From the human T2T-CHM13v2.0 reference genome, Homo sapiens: DNA of 64,000 nucleotides. Positions 1 through 13,953 of the stretch are shown here, piece by piece. A program made the translations under genes and the position numbers. The stretch lies in the NCBI RefSeq assembly GCF_009914755.1, contig NC_060939.1. The stretch is one strand, 5' to 3'. Under the pieces are notes generated by a model that was not told the DNA's origin, did not search any database, and saw nothing but the letters and a program-made list of their open reading frames with translations. Every line of letters starts with the position of its first letter. Positions within the stretch are counted from its first letter, which is position 1.

Positions 1-623
<623 letters not shown>

Positions 624-2349
624 TAGGACGTGGCATGCCTGCTGTGCGGAAGTGGTTCCCAGTGGGGGTCTTGGTTGGCTTTCCTTTGCATCTGGGACTC
701 TTGGATTGCGGGACTGTGGCGTGGCTGGAGGCCATCATGGCTGCTGTCAAGACTGTTCAAATCACATGTTAGAAATAATCCAGCACACTCCTGGGCTAGA
801 CACTTGCTGACCTTCAGCTTTGAATTCCTGATGAGAAAGGTGACCTGGTGTGCTTGGAAGTCCCTGAGCCTTGGCAGCTGGGGGCTGCTTATGTGTCAGC
901 TCTTTCATCCTTTGTGCGAAGTGATATTTTTTGTTCTGCAGGACTTCCTTAGTTTGAATGGACTTGGAATATGGTTAAATAAAGGGAAGGTAAAGCACTA
1001 ACTCATATCCTGTGAAAGTGGTCCTTAGGTCCTAGTGATGATGTTATGATACTCAGGTGTCCTGGTTATGACAGAGCACCTGGCCCAGGTGGGAGACCTC
1101 TGGACCCATTTCTGCAAGTCCCAGGTTCAGGCTGTACTTGCAGGTAGCTGTGTAGCAGGGTGCATTTTTAAACCTCTGGGATTCTGTTTTCGTTCTTTTA
1201 TACCTGTTTACTGAACAGTTGTGAAAATCTTAAGATTTCACGAGTGAAGGAACTTTGGAAAGTATTTACTGTTCTGGGGGTCAGATGGTGGTATTTTGAA
1301 GCTTCTTGTATATTTATCTGCAATATGCTTATTTTCCCTTGAGAATAACTGAGCTCTTGCCTTCATGTGATCAGTTCCTTAAGAACCAGGCTGTTTGGTA
1401 TTAAAATGTGACTCTGAGCCTTCACCTTATTGCATTCAGCAATAGTTATGTATATTGGCTAGGAAGCTTTTCCTCACTGGTTTGAAGTCAGTGTGTTAGC
1501 TATAAATAGCTATTATTTAAGTGTTGGCCCAGTTAAAGATGTAAGGAACCCATGTTCTCTAGTTATGAAGAACCAAGAAACCCCAAATTGTTAGACTTGC
1601 CTAAAATAAATAAAAGGCGAGACCCCACAGGGGTGAAGTGTGTAAAGTAAATAAAGGACAGACCTCCCAGGTAGCCCTTCAGTTCCCGTTCAACCAGTCC
1701 TGAGGCAGGAAAAGGATCTGTGTACCCTGATCTGCCACGCACTTTTCTATTCTGCAGAATTGGATCAGTGCGTATGTGAACATTGATTAGTGAGGGCAGG
1801 GGTCCCACTGGCTGCAGCCAGTACCTTGTAGAGCTCTGAGAATGCAGTCAGGCCACTTTAAGGTTGGCTGGAGTTGGAGGGAGATCTTATGCTAAAGTCA
1901 CTTGTGTGGTTGATTAAAACTGCCCTATCATTAAGTTACCCACTGGTTTGAGAAAACAACAAAATATATTTTTTAAATAACCTTGACATTTAAAAATTTT
2001 ATCTGAAAAGTAAAAGGTGTTATCAAGGGAGGCAGCATGGAGTAGAAAAGAGATGTTGAATGTGGTGATGAGGGCCAGGAATGACCTTGGATGGGCCAGC
2101 CCTTCTGGGCTGTAGTTGGGCTTTTTTAGGATATTTCTAGGGCAGTCCAGTACATCCCTTAGTGGTGATCATATATGGGCATGAGGATGTTTTGAAAACT
2201 CATAAGCTCTTTAGAGAAGGGAGGTGCCATATGAAACGTCATTAAGTGGAGAGTTGTTCACGAACTAGGTAGGTAGTTACTTTGGTCTTGCCATAGGTTT
2301 TTGGCTGTTTCTGATGAGCTACTGATTGAAGACCCCTGGGGTAGGGGTG

Positions 2350-2520
2350 AGGCCTGCATTCTGGGTCCAAGTCTAAGAGTGGCGACTAGAAATGAGCAAG
2401 TTATTTAAATTGCCTGGGCCTTGGTTTCTTCATATGTGGAATGGGGTAAAGCCTGCCTTCCTCATAGGGCTGTTGGAAGATGAAAAGGAGGAAGGAAAAG
2501 CACCGTGAAAATGTTAACGA
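2350..2520 (+). mobile_element. MIR SINE fragment
   Basis: MIR core-like gcaagttatttaa..ctgggccttggtttcttcatatgtggaatggg..cctcatagggctgttggaagatgaaa. Confidence 0.7.
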
Positions 2521-2807
2521 TGGTTAGAAGGTGGGCTCTGCTGGTGACAGACAGAGCCTTGATATCACCTGTTGGTTGGTCACCTGCTTCCCCAAGGCCA
2601 CGCCCTGCAGCCTTCTCCTTGACCATCCCAGCCCTGCTGATGTTCCTTGTGATTTCACAATGGAGTACTTATATAAAATTGGTAACTGCTTTCCGGGAAA
2701 TTGACTTCCCTTCCCCTTGTCCTGAAAACTCAGGCATGGGCATATTTCTTGGAGATTTTCTAGTTGAATCAGAACTTCCTCTTGGTTTGCGTAGATTCCA
2801 TTTAGAC

Positions 2808-3441
<634 letters not shown>

Positions 3442-4164
3442 TTTAGAGCATTTCTTTTAACACCAGGAGTTCTTCCCCTCATCATCTTTTTGGCTGAGTC
3501 GTCACTGCAGCGCTCATAGCCCCGCATGTACCTCTCCAGCCAGAACCCTTAGGAATCATTTGGGGAGCTCCATGAAGGGCATTGAGTCCAGGCAGAATGG
3601 CTACCTTGAGTTCAACATAAGCATTAAGATGGCCATTCGAAAACATTAAGCACAGAAGAATCCCATTCAGGTAATCTTCTGTTGGCTGGCTGTAGAACTA
3701 CGGAGAACATCTGGAGAAACACGTCAAGGGTGTGTGTGAAATCGTTGAGCCTACTCGATTTTGTCGTGCTGTTGCGCGGTTTTCACTTGGCACTGTCCTT
3801 TAAACTCCTTCTGTGCCGTGACTCTGCAGTGTCTGGCAGCGTAGTAGACTCTACTCCCTCTATGGACGTGATCCCTCTGTGGGTTCTCTGCACACTTCTG
3901 TATTTCTCGGTTCTTTTTGGATTTAGGAGTGGATTTTATACATTTTTGAGTCATTCCTAAAGAGCGATTGACCCTTAAAGAACTGTGTACAGTGGTTTCC
4001 TTTCAGTAAGAACATAGTTGTGTGGCACCCCCTGACATGTGGTGTGGTTGATTCTTCTTCCTTGTCTTCCAACGCCACCCTCTTATGAGTCTCTTCCTAC
4101 CCCCACAGGTGCCGCTTCTCTGTCTCCCTTCCCTCAGTCTGGCTTTTAACGGTGGTCTCCTGAC

Positions 4165-4507
4165 ATAGTCCATTCAGGCTGCTGTAACAAAATCCCATAC
4201 CCTGAGTGGCTTACACACAACAGAAATACTGCTCACAGTTCTGGAGGCTGGAAGTCCAAGTTCAAGGTGCTTACCAGATTAACTGTCTGGGGAGGGCCCA
4301 CACTCTGGTTCACAGAAGCACCTTTTCACTGTCTTCACATGTTGGAAGGGGCGAGGGATTTTTTTTCTGGCGTCTTTTTTATAAGGGCACTAATCCCATT
4401 TGTGAGGGCTCCACCCTCATGGCCTAATCACCTCCCAGAGCCATCATACTGGGGATTAGGTTTCAACATAAGAATTTTGAGGGGACATAAACATTCAGAT
4501 CATAGCA
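4165..4507 (-). mobile_element. MLT1A-like MaLR solo LTR
   Basis: tagtccattcaggctgctgtaacaaaa..cacagttctggaggctggaagtccaag..taggtttcaacataagaattttgaggggacataaacattcagatcatagca. Confidence 0.85.
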
Positions 4508-4614
4508 TGGCTGGAGTTCTGTCCTGGGCTCTCTTTTCACTTTCCTTGTTCTCATCTCATCCACTGGTAACTGCATTGCCTCCTGTCTCCACCTAAACTT
4601 CCAAGTATCTCCAG

Positions 4615-4695
4615 CCCAGAACCCTTTTGAGTCCAGGACCTGTCATTCATATCCATCCCAGAACCCTTTTGAACCCAGGACTTGTCATTCATATC
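4615..4695. repeat. Two-copy tandem duplication, 42-bp period
   Basis: cccagaacccttttgagtccaggacctgtcattcatatc (4615-4653) vs cccagaacccttttgaacccaggacttgtcattcatatc (4657-4695). Confidence 0.9.
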
Positions 4696-5009
4696 AGACC
4701 ACCACGAGCATTTCACTACAGCCTCTGATGGTCTTCCCTGTTTCCTCACTTTTGCCTATTTTTTTTCTTTTCTATTCCCTCTTAAGTGGGCCACACTTTT
4801 GTTCCCCTGGTTCTTATGTCAGGAATGTGGGTGTCCTTTGGACACTTCCTTCTCCAGTTGGATACCAGGCCCTTTCCCTCCCGAATGGAATGGAAATGCT
4901 GCTTCAGCTGTGTTCCTCTGCTCCTCCCCCTTACAGCAGTGACATAGCCTCTCTCCTGCTATTGTGTCCTGTGGCTCCACCGAGCACTGGGGAGCTTTTC
5001 AGTATGCAC

Positions 5010-5343
<334 letters not shown>

Positions 5344-6758
5344 TGAAATCCTGTAGCAAGTCCCTATAGGATAGGCATGTGGTACAGTGTGAAGCTCCTG
5401 AGTGGTCAACAGCTACCCCGTGACAACATGCCACACTCCATGTGCCACTCCCTCCCGCCTGCCTGCTGTGTCCTTGGCCCCAGTGGTGCTCTCCCGTGCT
5501 GACCAGCCGGCACGGCTCACCTGGCCGAACTCTAGCCTTGCCTTTTCCTCTCAAGGATGTAAAGGCTCTGCAGATTTCGGGAGGCCTGTCTCCCAGCACC
5601 TGATGGGACACTTTTTGCCCCACTGTAAATTCTGGGTGTATCCTCCACTGTATGCTGTCACCCCAAGGGCAAGCACTGCATCTGCTTAGTGAAGGATTTA
5701 TTGTTCGGAAGATACATTTTCCCCTTGAGCAGAGAGTAGCGTATCCTGGCAGTCTTCGGTGAGCCAGTTGTACCAGGATTATGAAATGCAGATGTTTACT
5801 GTGTCATTGTTGCTGTCATTGCTACTGAGGAGTACTGACCAGAATCATCTGCAACTCTTAGTTGGCAGAGAGGACCACTATGGCGGGTAGCTCTTTTCTT
5901 TCCTGCCATTGTGGGGATGATTCCAGGCCAAAGATGATGGAGAAGTATGGAAATCATCTGAAAGGTTGAAGCTTGGCACGTGAAGCCATTCATGACTTTG
6001 TAAGGCAGTTTTGCTGAAGGCCAGTTCTGCCCTGGGAGGGACGGAGGTGAATCCTCCTGAGTACCTGTGGTTTTCTTACTTCCTGCTGAATTTACCTAAG
6101 TGCCTGTTGTTTGCTTGCTGTGGAGGCTTTCTGGTATTTCATTTCAGGTGCAGATGCCTTCACTTTCCCACAAAAAAAACCCCAACAAAACCTAAGACCT
6201 TACTGCAACTAAGTCTCCAAGTACTTTTTAACCCATTGGGATGAACAGCCTGTGGTCTGCTCAGATCACCCTGAGTGCGTGTGAGAAGGCCTGGGCTTTG
6301 CCAGGAAATCCAGGAAGGCAGGGCCGGGCTGTGTTGGAAGCTGGCTTAGCTGGTGGGGCAGCCTTATTTCAATTAAAAGGGCATTGACTGGGAGCAGCAG
6401 TCCTGGAGTTTGTTGCATTTCCTATTGCCCTCAAAATGAGAAACCAGGAAAATAGCAGATTGGAGCCTTCGAGAAGGCAGTAAATGGCTGTTTTTATTGA
6501 CAAAAGGAAAACATTTTACTGCCATCTCACTGATGGCATCTCACTGACTTAAAATGAAGGCAGGTTGTAGTAAAAAAAAAAAAGTCTACATTTTTCCACC
6601 GCCACGTTCTTATATCCTTGTTTGTCAGCCACTGCTCACAAGGGCAGTGTTGTCTTGCGGAGTAGAGGCGCTCTCCTTCCCTCGTTTTCCTCTATAGGTT
6701 GGTGTGGCTGACCTGCTAGATCAAAGTGGAGGACCTGTTTAAGAATGTGTAAATTGAA

Positions 6759-7059
6759 GGCTGGGCGCAGTGGCTAACACCTGTAATCCTAGCATTTGGG
6801 GAGGCTGAGGCAGGAGGATCGCTTGAGTCCAGGAGCTCAAGACTGGCCTGGGCAACATGGTGAGACCTTGTTCATATAAAAAAATTTAAATAATTAGCTG
6901 GTTGTGGAGGCACGTGCCTATAGTCCCAGCACTTTGGGAGGCTGAGATGGGAGGATCCGCCTGAGCCTGGGGAGATGGAGGTTACAGTGAGCCGTGGTTG
7001 TGCCACTGCACTTCAGCCTGGGCGACATAATGAAATCCTGTCTGAGAAAAAAAAAAAAA
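6759..7059 (+). mobile_element. Alu (AluJ-like), full length
   Basis: ggctgggcgcagtggctaacacctgtaatcc..ggatcgcttgagtccagg.., A tail at 7047-7059. Confidence 0.95.
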
Positions 7060-8705
7060 GATTTTGTAACTAAGTTTTATGGCTAGCTTTGAGAAAGGAA
7101 AATAATAATAAAAAAAGAATGTGTAAATCACCTGCTGGATGGGGGGAAGAGGGGCACATTGTCTTTGTAGTGAGACTTCACTCATGTGATGTGCAGTATT
7201 TCATCTTAACATTTTTTTTTTAAACTTAAGCTACTTGTGAAGAGCTGAGATGTTTCTGTTAAGCACTGTGTGGTCTGCTGCTGGTCTTCTGCAGGCCACT
7301 GTTCCCCAGACTGCTAAGACGATCATGACACAGGCTTGCATTTTCAGGTGGACTCTTGGGAGGGGCTTGTGGACCCTGGAGGAGAAGGCAGCCAGGAGAG
7401 GGGCATCTGGCTTTGTGTTGTTGGTAGGAACTTGTCTCGGTTGCCCTGGAAGGCCTCTGCTCTGGTCAGCTGCTCCCAGTGTGGGGGTGATCTTTATTTA
7501 GAAGGGGGTCACATGCCCCCAGGCCTCATTGCTATGCCTTTTATAGTCAGGCGTGGAGCTCACATTCTCTTCTGCCTGATTGCCGACGCTTGTTGCCGAG
7601 ATGGTGAAGCAGTTTGTGTGCAGGTTCCCTGGGACCTGGCTTAGCCCACCTCATTTCTTGGGGCGTGTGCCTTGTGCCTCAAAGACTTTGCTTTTGGCTA
7701 ATTGTCATTAGTGATGGTGTCACCATCCTGGGCCTCCTTCAGAAGTTTTTAATAGGGATCTCGTCTAAGAGACCAAAAAGCTTTCAGAACCACTGACTTG
7801 TGGTGATTTTTGCATGCCAAGTATTTGGAAAATATCTGGAGCCCCTTCAGCTCTCACCAGTTAAACCTATTTGTACAATTGTTCTGGTTTCTTCCTGTGC
7901 TTGAAAAGCCTCTTTCTTTGTTGCGTTAATACCTCTGTCTTGCTTTCCTCATGTGTATGCCAGTGTGACATTCTCGGCAGAGTGGGGATGACGTGGAGCG
8001 TGTGGGCCCGTGGTTAATCTTGTCCTGAATTGCCTTGCTCAACTTGCGTGTATAGGGTGGTTCAAAAGTTAAGTTTGGCTGGTGGTGAAGTTGGAAGCAT
8101 CACTTAGAAACACGCCTCCTTTGGGCATATGGTGTGAATCAGGGACTCTGGCTATAAAAGGTGGGGTCTCTGAGCACCATCCTGGTTGGAATGTTCCCCT
8201 GACTTGGAGGTAGCGAGAGACAGCCAAGGTGTTTGTTCCAGGGAGGCTGGTGGGTGGGAGATGGGATTTTTCTGTCTGTGGCACAGGCAGTATTAAGTAG
8301 AGCAGGCTGTTTAAATCACATTTTAAGTAAAAACCAAAGTGCACAGATGATCTGCAGAACTTCTGGGGGATAAGAAGCTGCTTTCCTCGAAGAAGTTCAT
8401 CTCCAAACCAGCGCCCATGGCTCAGCAGCCAGCATGGCAGCCCCAGGGGTACATGGGACTTGGGCATGTGAGGCTGGTGAGGGACAGGGACAGCTGGGTC
8501 CAGCAGTGCCTTTCCTAGGGACGGTTGCCACGTCACCTGTCTGCCCTGTACTTCCATTTCCTTTCTTTGAACTCGGGGGGCTTGCATCGGACTACCTGTG
8601 CCGTTTCCTCAAACTCTAAAATTGAGTAAGTTACTGAGGGTTTCCGTGGTCTGCTCTGAGAAGATTTCTTGCTTCCTGATCTGCCTGTGTGTTCGTGTTG
8701 CTTGG

Positions 8706-8737
8706 TCTCTCTCTCTGTCTCTCTCTCTCTCCTCTTT
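8706..8737 (+). repeat. (TC)n-like simple repeat
   Basis: tctctctctctgtctctctctctctcctcttt. Confidence 0.8.
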
Positions 8738-10340
8738 GATCCTAGTACATACAGGCAAGGTATGCAGCATTTAAAATGTTCATAACTCATCAAATGGCAC
8801 ACTGATCATCATGTATAATTTGGGAATCAGGGTTTAAGAAATTTAGAGATCATTTATATGGAAGAAGGAACCCCAAGTAGAAACCCAAAATCTAGACCAT
8901 TCTGGGTTCTAATCTGTACCTGCCACTGGCTAACATATGGCTTTAAGCTGGATGTTACAATGAGAGCTGGAGTTTCGTCTGATTGCACATAGCCTTGCTT
9001 TTCTGTCTTTGGAAAAGTAGCTCACTGTAGAGCCCTGGTAAACGTTTGAACTGCATTGCGGGAGTAGGCAGAAGAACAGAACAGTCCTTGGAGCTTGGTA
9101 GGAGGTGTGAGGGCTTATGGGGGACAGTTGTCTTTTCAAGTCAAGGAGGAATAAGGGCTTCTGGGGCCGGTGGAAAGGGTGAGTCTTAGGCAGGGAAGGT
9201 GACCATCCAGGTTAGATCACTTCTTCTGCGGGGTCAGCTTGGCCGCTGTTAGGTTTTCAGGATGTCATGGGGCTGGCCAGGCCTCACCCCTGATATCCCT
9301 GAGCATCTGTTCCTTACAATATTGTGGAGTCCGTGGGGGCAGAAGCTACCATCCTGTGCCTGCCCTCACTCTCAGTGTGACTGGTCTTCAGGATGTTTAG
9401 GTGGCTCCACATGCGGATGTACAGCTTTCCCCTGCTTGTTTTCCCCATGGCATATTAACAGCGAGATCTGCAAGAATACATCATTTTGTACAGAACAGGA
9501 TGTATTTCTTTTAAACTACGTTCCTGTGTGGACAAGTGGTATCATATGCAAAGGTTTAAGGACCGTTGATGCCTTGAGATAGTGCCATCTGTTTGCCTCA
9601 GGTATGTGGTGCTAGGACAAAGCTGCCAGACCTCACCTTCCTTCAGTGAGACAGGAATAGGACAGTATTTGAAAAGCATCTAACATGTTTCCAAGCACAT
9701 AGGTTTTTGGTAAATGGTGGCAGCTGCTGCTATTTTTTTTTTAAATTAAACTATCTAAGAGTTGCATTCTAAGACCATCTAAAATTCTGAGTCTTAAGCT
9801 GTGTTGACTATATATGTTCACTACCATAACTAAATGGTCCTTCTGTATTGCTTTTCTAAATTGTAGAATTTCAATTATTGTAAATAGCGGGCCATACTGT
9901 AGGTGTGGTTCTTGCTAATTTGATTCGTACTGTTCAAATTCTTGTGTCTGTCCAGATAAACTGTATCTTTACAGAACATTCAGCGAGGTACATATGTCTA
10001 TATCGGGGTGCCAGTGGAGTCACCCTAGTCATATGTAAACTCTATTTATTTGGTTCCGAAACTGAATTTATTTTGTTTGCAAGTTTGGTATTTGGGAGCA
10101 TTTAAGAAATATCCATAGATTCTTGTATGATACTGACATTAAATCATTAAATACCATATTTTTTAAATGCCTCTGTCTGTTTGCATGGATAACATTAAAG
10201 TGGTTAGAGTGGGCACAGTTATTGGTAAAGATTACAAAGATGTGCATTTTTATGACAACTTTAGGTCTCACATAGGTAGCCAACCATCTGCTCCAGGATG
10301 AAGCATGTGCCTGTTTATCCTCTTCTTTGGTAACGCTAGG

Positions 10341-10390
10341 TATATGTGTGCACACGTGCACGTGTGCGTGTGTGTTTGTGTATGTGCGTA
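10341..10390. repeat. Alternating purine-pyrimidine (TG/CA) tract
   Basis: tatatgtgtgcacacgtgcacgtgtgcgtgtgtgtttgtgtatgtgcgta. Confidence 0.8.
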
Positions 10391-13300
10391 CCACTTTATT
10401 CTCCCACCCAGCCTCTTCTCCTGTTTTGTTTAGTTTCATTTTCCTCCTCTCACCCCCATTGCAGGAAACAAACACTGGCTCTCTGTCCTCCCTTAGGTCT
10501 TCCTTCCGTTCAAGGGGATCAGGTGGGTGGGAAAATGTTGTGCAGGAATGCCAGGCCTCTGCCCGAAGCCGGGCTTCTGTTTCATCTCATTATTGAACAG
10601 AAGTCGCTTTTTGTTTCTTTGCCTTGGTCACAAACAAGCGCCCAGTCCTCTCTTCTTTCTTCCTGCCATTTTTCCCAGAATCCATGTGGGATGGGAACAG
10701 AGGCAGCGTATTTAGGGACTGTCGGTTGCTTGATACCCATGGCCTTGTTTAGAGAAGCTGCACCCACTGCCCCAACGTGTAGCTGCATCTGATTTGTTTT
10801 TGCAAGTCCTAATGAAGGGACCTGGATGAAGTTAGTGAGGTTGCCGTTCCTGGGGTTAATGCAGAGTGGCCCATGGAGCTTAGCCACCCTTCATGCAGAA
10901 GGTGGGGCTGAGGGCAGCCAGTGTGACTGAGGCTCGCTGGCCCACCCTGAGCTGCTTGTGCCCATGGGGCCCCTGGGGAGGAGGGCCCAGCTGCAGTGCG
11001 CATACATCTGCCCTTGGCAGCAGATCTGTGAACCCAGGCTGCCATTCTGGATTTCCGGATAGATGCAAAGTGCTTGGACGTGTTTTAGCAGCTGCTGAGA
11101 CCAGGAGTTGGGCTTAGTAGTAAAAAGGGGGAACAAAATAAAAGAAGATCAGGAGACAAAGAGCCTACAGTACAAAAAAGGAAAGACGAAGGTTGATATT
11201 ATTAGAAATACTTCCTGGGCAGCCTTACTGTTTGAATTAGGATCACCCCCACCCCCACCTCCCAGAGGTATTAGTTGTAATGCAGAGACAAATGGAAACT
11301 AGTCAGATCCTTGGGTCCTAGAAAAGACCAGCTTTGTTCCTGGGGTGGTAACCTAGTACAACGTTTCCGTTCCTATTTCTTGACCTCTGAATGGCCCCTT
11401 CTGCTTTGCTAAGTAGATGATATTATTAGGTGCTTAGACTATTCTTCAGATAGGATGTAAGGATATATTTTTGTTCTCTTCCTCAGTGAACTTGAAATGA
11501 TTGGATTATTTTGTAATACGTCGATACTACTTTTAGAAGCTTTTGAATAACTGTGTCAAAGAAGCTTTAGAAGAGGTTTTAAGCAGGATTGCAGAGAATG
11601 TACTGAGTGTGTTTTTCCACTCACAAGGAAAGACAGCAGCTGAATGCAGAAGTGTGTGTCTGGTTCTAACTCTTTATCACTTCAGGGACTGTCCAGGCAG
11701 CACCATCCGTTGGGTCTCCTGCCCTTCCTCCTCCCACCCCTGCCTTACCCCTGGCCATTCTTTTGTGACCAGTAGTCCTTTATGAATGGAATTCTGAGAA
11801 TGTATAATTTTCTCAGAAGAATGCTTCTTTAGCTCACCAAATATTTCTTGTTTGCTGAGGGGGGAAAAAGATCCTCCTTGGAAAAGTCACTGGGTGCCAA
11901 AGGTGGGTGATGAGGAGAGATGAACTTCTGGGTGTGCCTAGCAAAGCTGTTTCTGTTGATAGGCGATTAACAAAACAGCCAAACTTGACCTAACAGACTG
12001 CCATTTTGAGAGGAATTTGTTTTGCAGGATTAATTGGCTTCGAGGTGTACTGGTGGCTGTGCAGTGATGACGGCTGTCGTGCCTCCTGTGTCTTCTGCTC
12101 ATTGTGATGCAGGGCAAGTGCTTAGGCCTCAGACACAGGCTCCCTGAACTTCGTGTTCAGTGCTTTAGGGTGGGGGGACTTGAGACCCTTGACTTGACTC
12201 GGTCCCACTGGAAAGCTTCTGTTGCTTATTTGGGTAACCCCAACTCTATCTTATTGGGCAGTAGTGTTATCCTAATTCTTGGAAATACTCAGTGTAGAAT
12301 AAAGAGCTGATGAAAATGTGTAAGAAGGGAGTAAGTGGTCATTAGAGAGAAATGGTAATTGGGATGATGCTCTGACCCCTTCAGCAAAAAATAAAAGGTG
12401 AATGGTTTATTATGAGCTAGTTCAGATTCTGTTTTTGGAAACGAGCTTGGTTATACATAGTGCATTTGAAAAGCGTGAAGCATGGACTTTCAGATGCCAG
12501 CTCCTCAGCCTCCTGTAACTCCAGTCGCAAAATCCCTCCAGTGTATCTAAATAAATGCAAACTCATCAGTGCCTTACCATTATAAAGCTGGGCTGGAGAG
12601 GCAGGTGGCCTGGAGAATCAAATGACAAGAAGTATAGGGAGCAGCCCAGCTTCATGATCGGGGGAATTTGCATGAAAATTGTGTACACTTAAGCACCATT
12701 GTCTATTGCAGAAAGCACGATCTGGCCTCTTCTACTGACTTTCCTTCCAGCTCTGAGATTCAGTTTTGAAGACAAGGTTGTTGGGGACCTCGGATAGATC
12801 TGTTGGCCGTGGCTTTCAGTAAACACTACTAGAGACTGAGGACATGTTCTAGACTTGGAATGGTATGAAGCAGTCGAACTTTTTAGGATGGGCCCTACCC
12901 TTAGGGACTGCCTACGAAACTAGATCTAGAAGAGGAGGCTGTGGACATTAGGAGGTGGCTGCAATTGGAAAGTTCCAGAGAGCTTACTGAGGGATAACGG
13001 ATGTAGGACAGGAGGCTGGCAAAGCACCTCAGTGATAGGGCAGAAGGAAATAAAGTGGTTAGGGAAGGAGTTGAGAGCAGGAAATTCAGGTAGGATTGAT
13101 GTTAAGTCTTAGATCTTTGAAGTGACTTTCTCTGGTCTGGCTTTTGCTGTTACCAAAGTGAATTATTCATAAGTGCATATGAGAAATGCTGATGTAACTC
13201 GATTATGTGGAATGAATTTAAATTCATTTAAGTCATTCTTTTCCACTAAAGTAAGCTTTCCCTCATCCAGAATCTGAGCAGCCCGATAGCCAAGCAGGAG

Positions 13301-13896
13301 TTTCCTTGTGCCATGGCCAGTGATTGATGTCTTCTTCTATGATGCTGCTGAAATGCTGGGGACTCTGAAGCGCAGCTGGAGTGATCAAAGCAAAATTAAA
13401 ATACTTTCTCAGTGGTTTGGGAGTTGGGTGCGTTCTGCTGTATTTTTTGGTTTTCGGCATCTGGGTTTGGTGTGCATGCATGGTGAGCTCTAGCTGGAGC
13501 AGACGTTACCTACTGAGGCTACGCTCTTCGTGGTTTCTCCTTAACCATCACCCACTTGATCTTCCATGAAGCCCCCCAAATCTTCCTTACTGAGGACTCT
13601 TGCTTCCAGGTTGCTTTTGTGCTCATCCATTGCTGGGTTATTTGGTCAGTGATGATGGTTTCTCTGTACTTTTTATCAGTAGGTTCAGAGGACCTTGTTT
13701 ACTCCTCATTCATCTCTCTCCCCAAACAGTTGAGAAACCACTTGTGGGTTAGGACTCATGCTTTGTTTATAATGTTTGATTCTCCAACCTCACAGCTAAT
13801 GGGAAGCCCGTGGAGGAGATACTCTGTAAAAATCCATCTCCCATGTGGGCTTGACCCCACTTAGTGTCTGAGTGGTTTGGTCCTCATAGTTCTCTT

Positions 13897-13953
13897 GGGG
13901 GAGGAGGAAGGGAAGGAGGAGGAGGTGGCGATGGCAGTGGCAGCAGTGGTGGC
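13897..13953 (+). repeat. GGA/GGC-rich low-complexity tract
   Basis: gggggaggaggaagggaaggaggaggaggtggcgatggcagtggcagcagtggtggc. Confidence 0.7.

Noticed and set aside
6655-6675. CTCF-like motif gcggagtagaggcgct
   Set aside because: Several mismatches in the core; unsupported without ChIP data.
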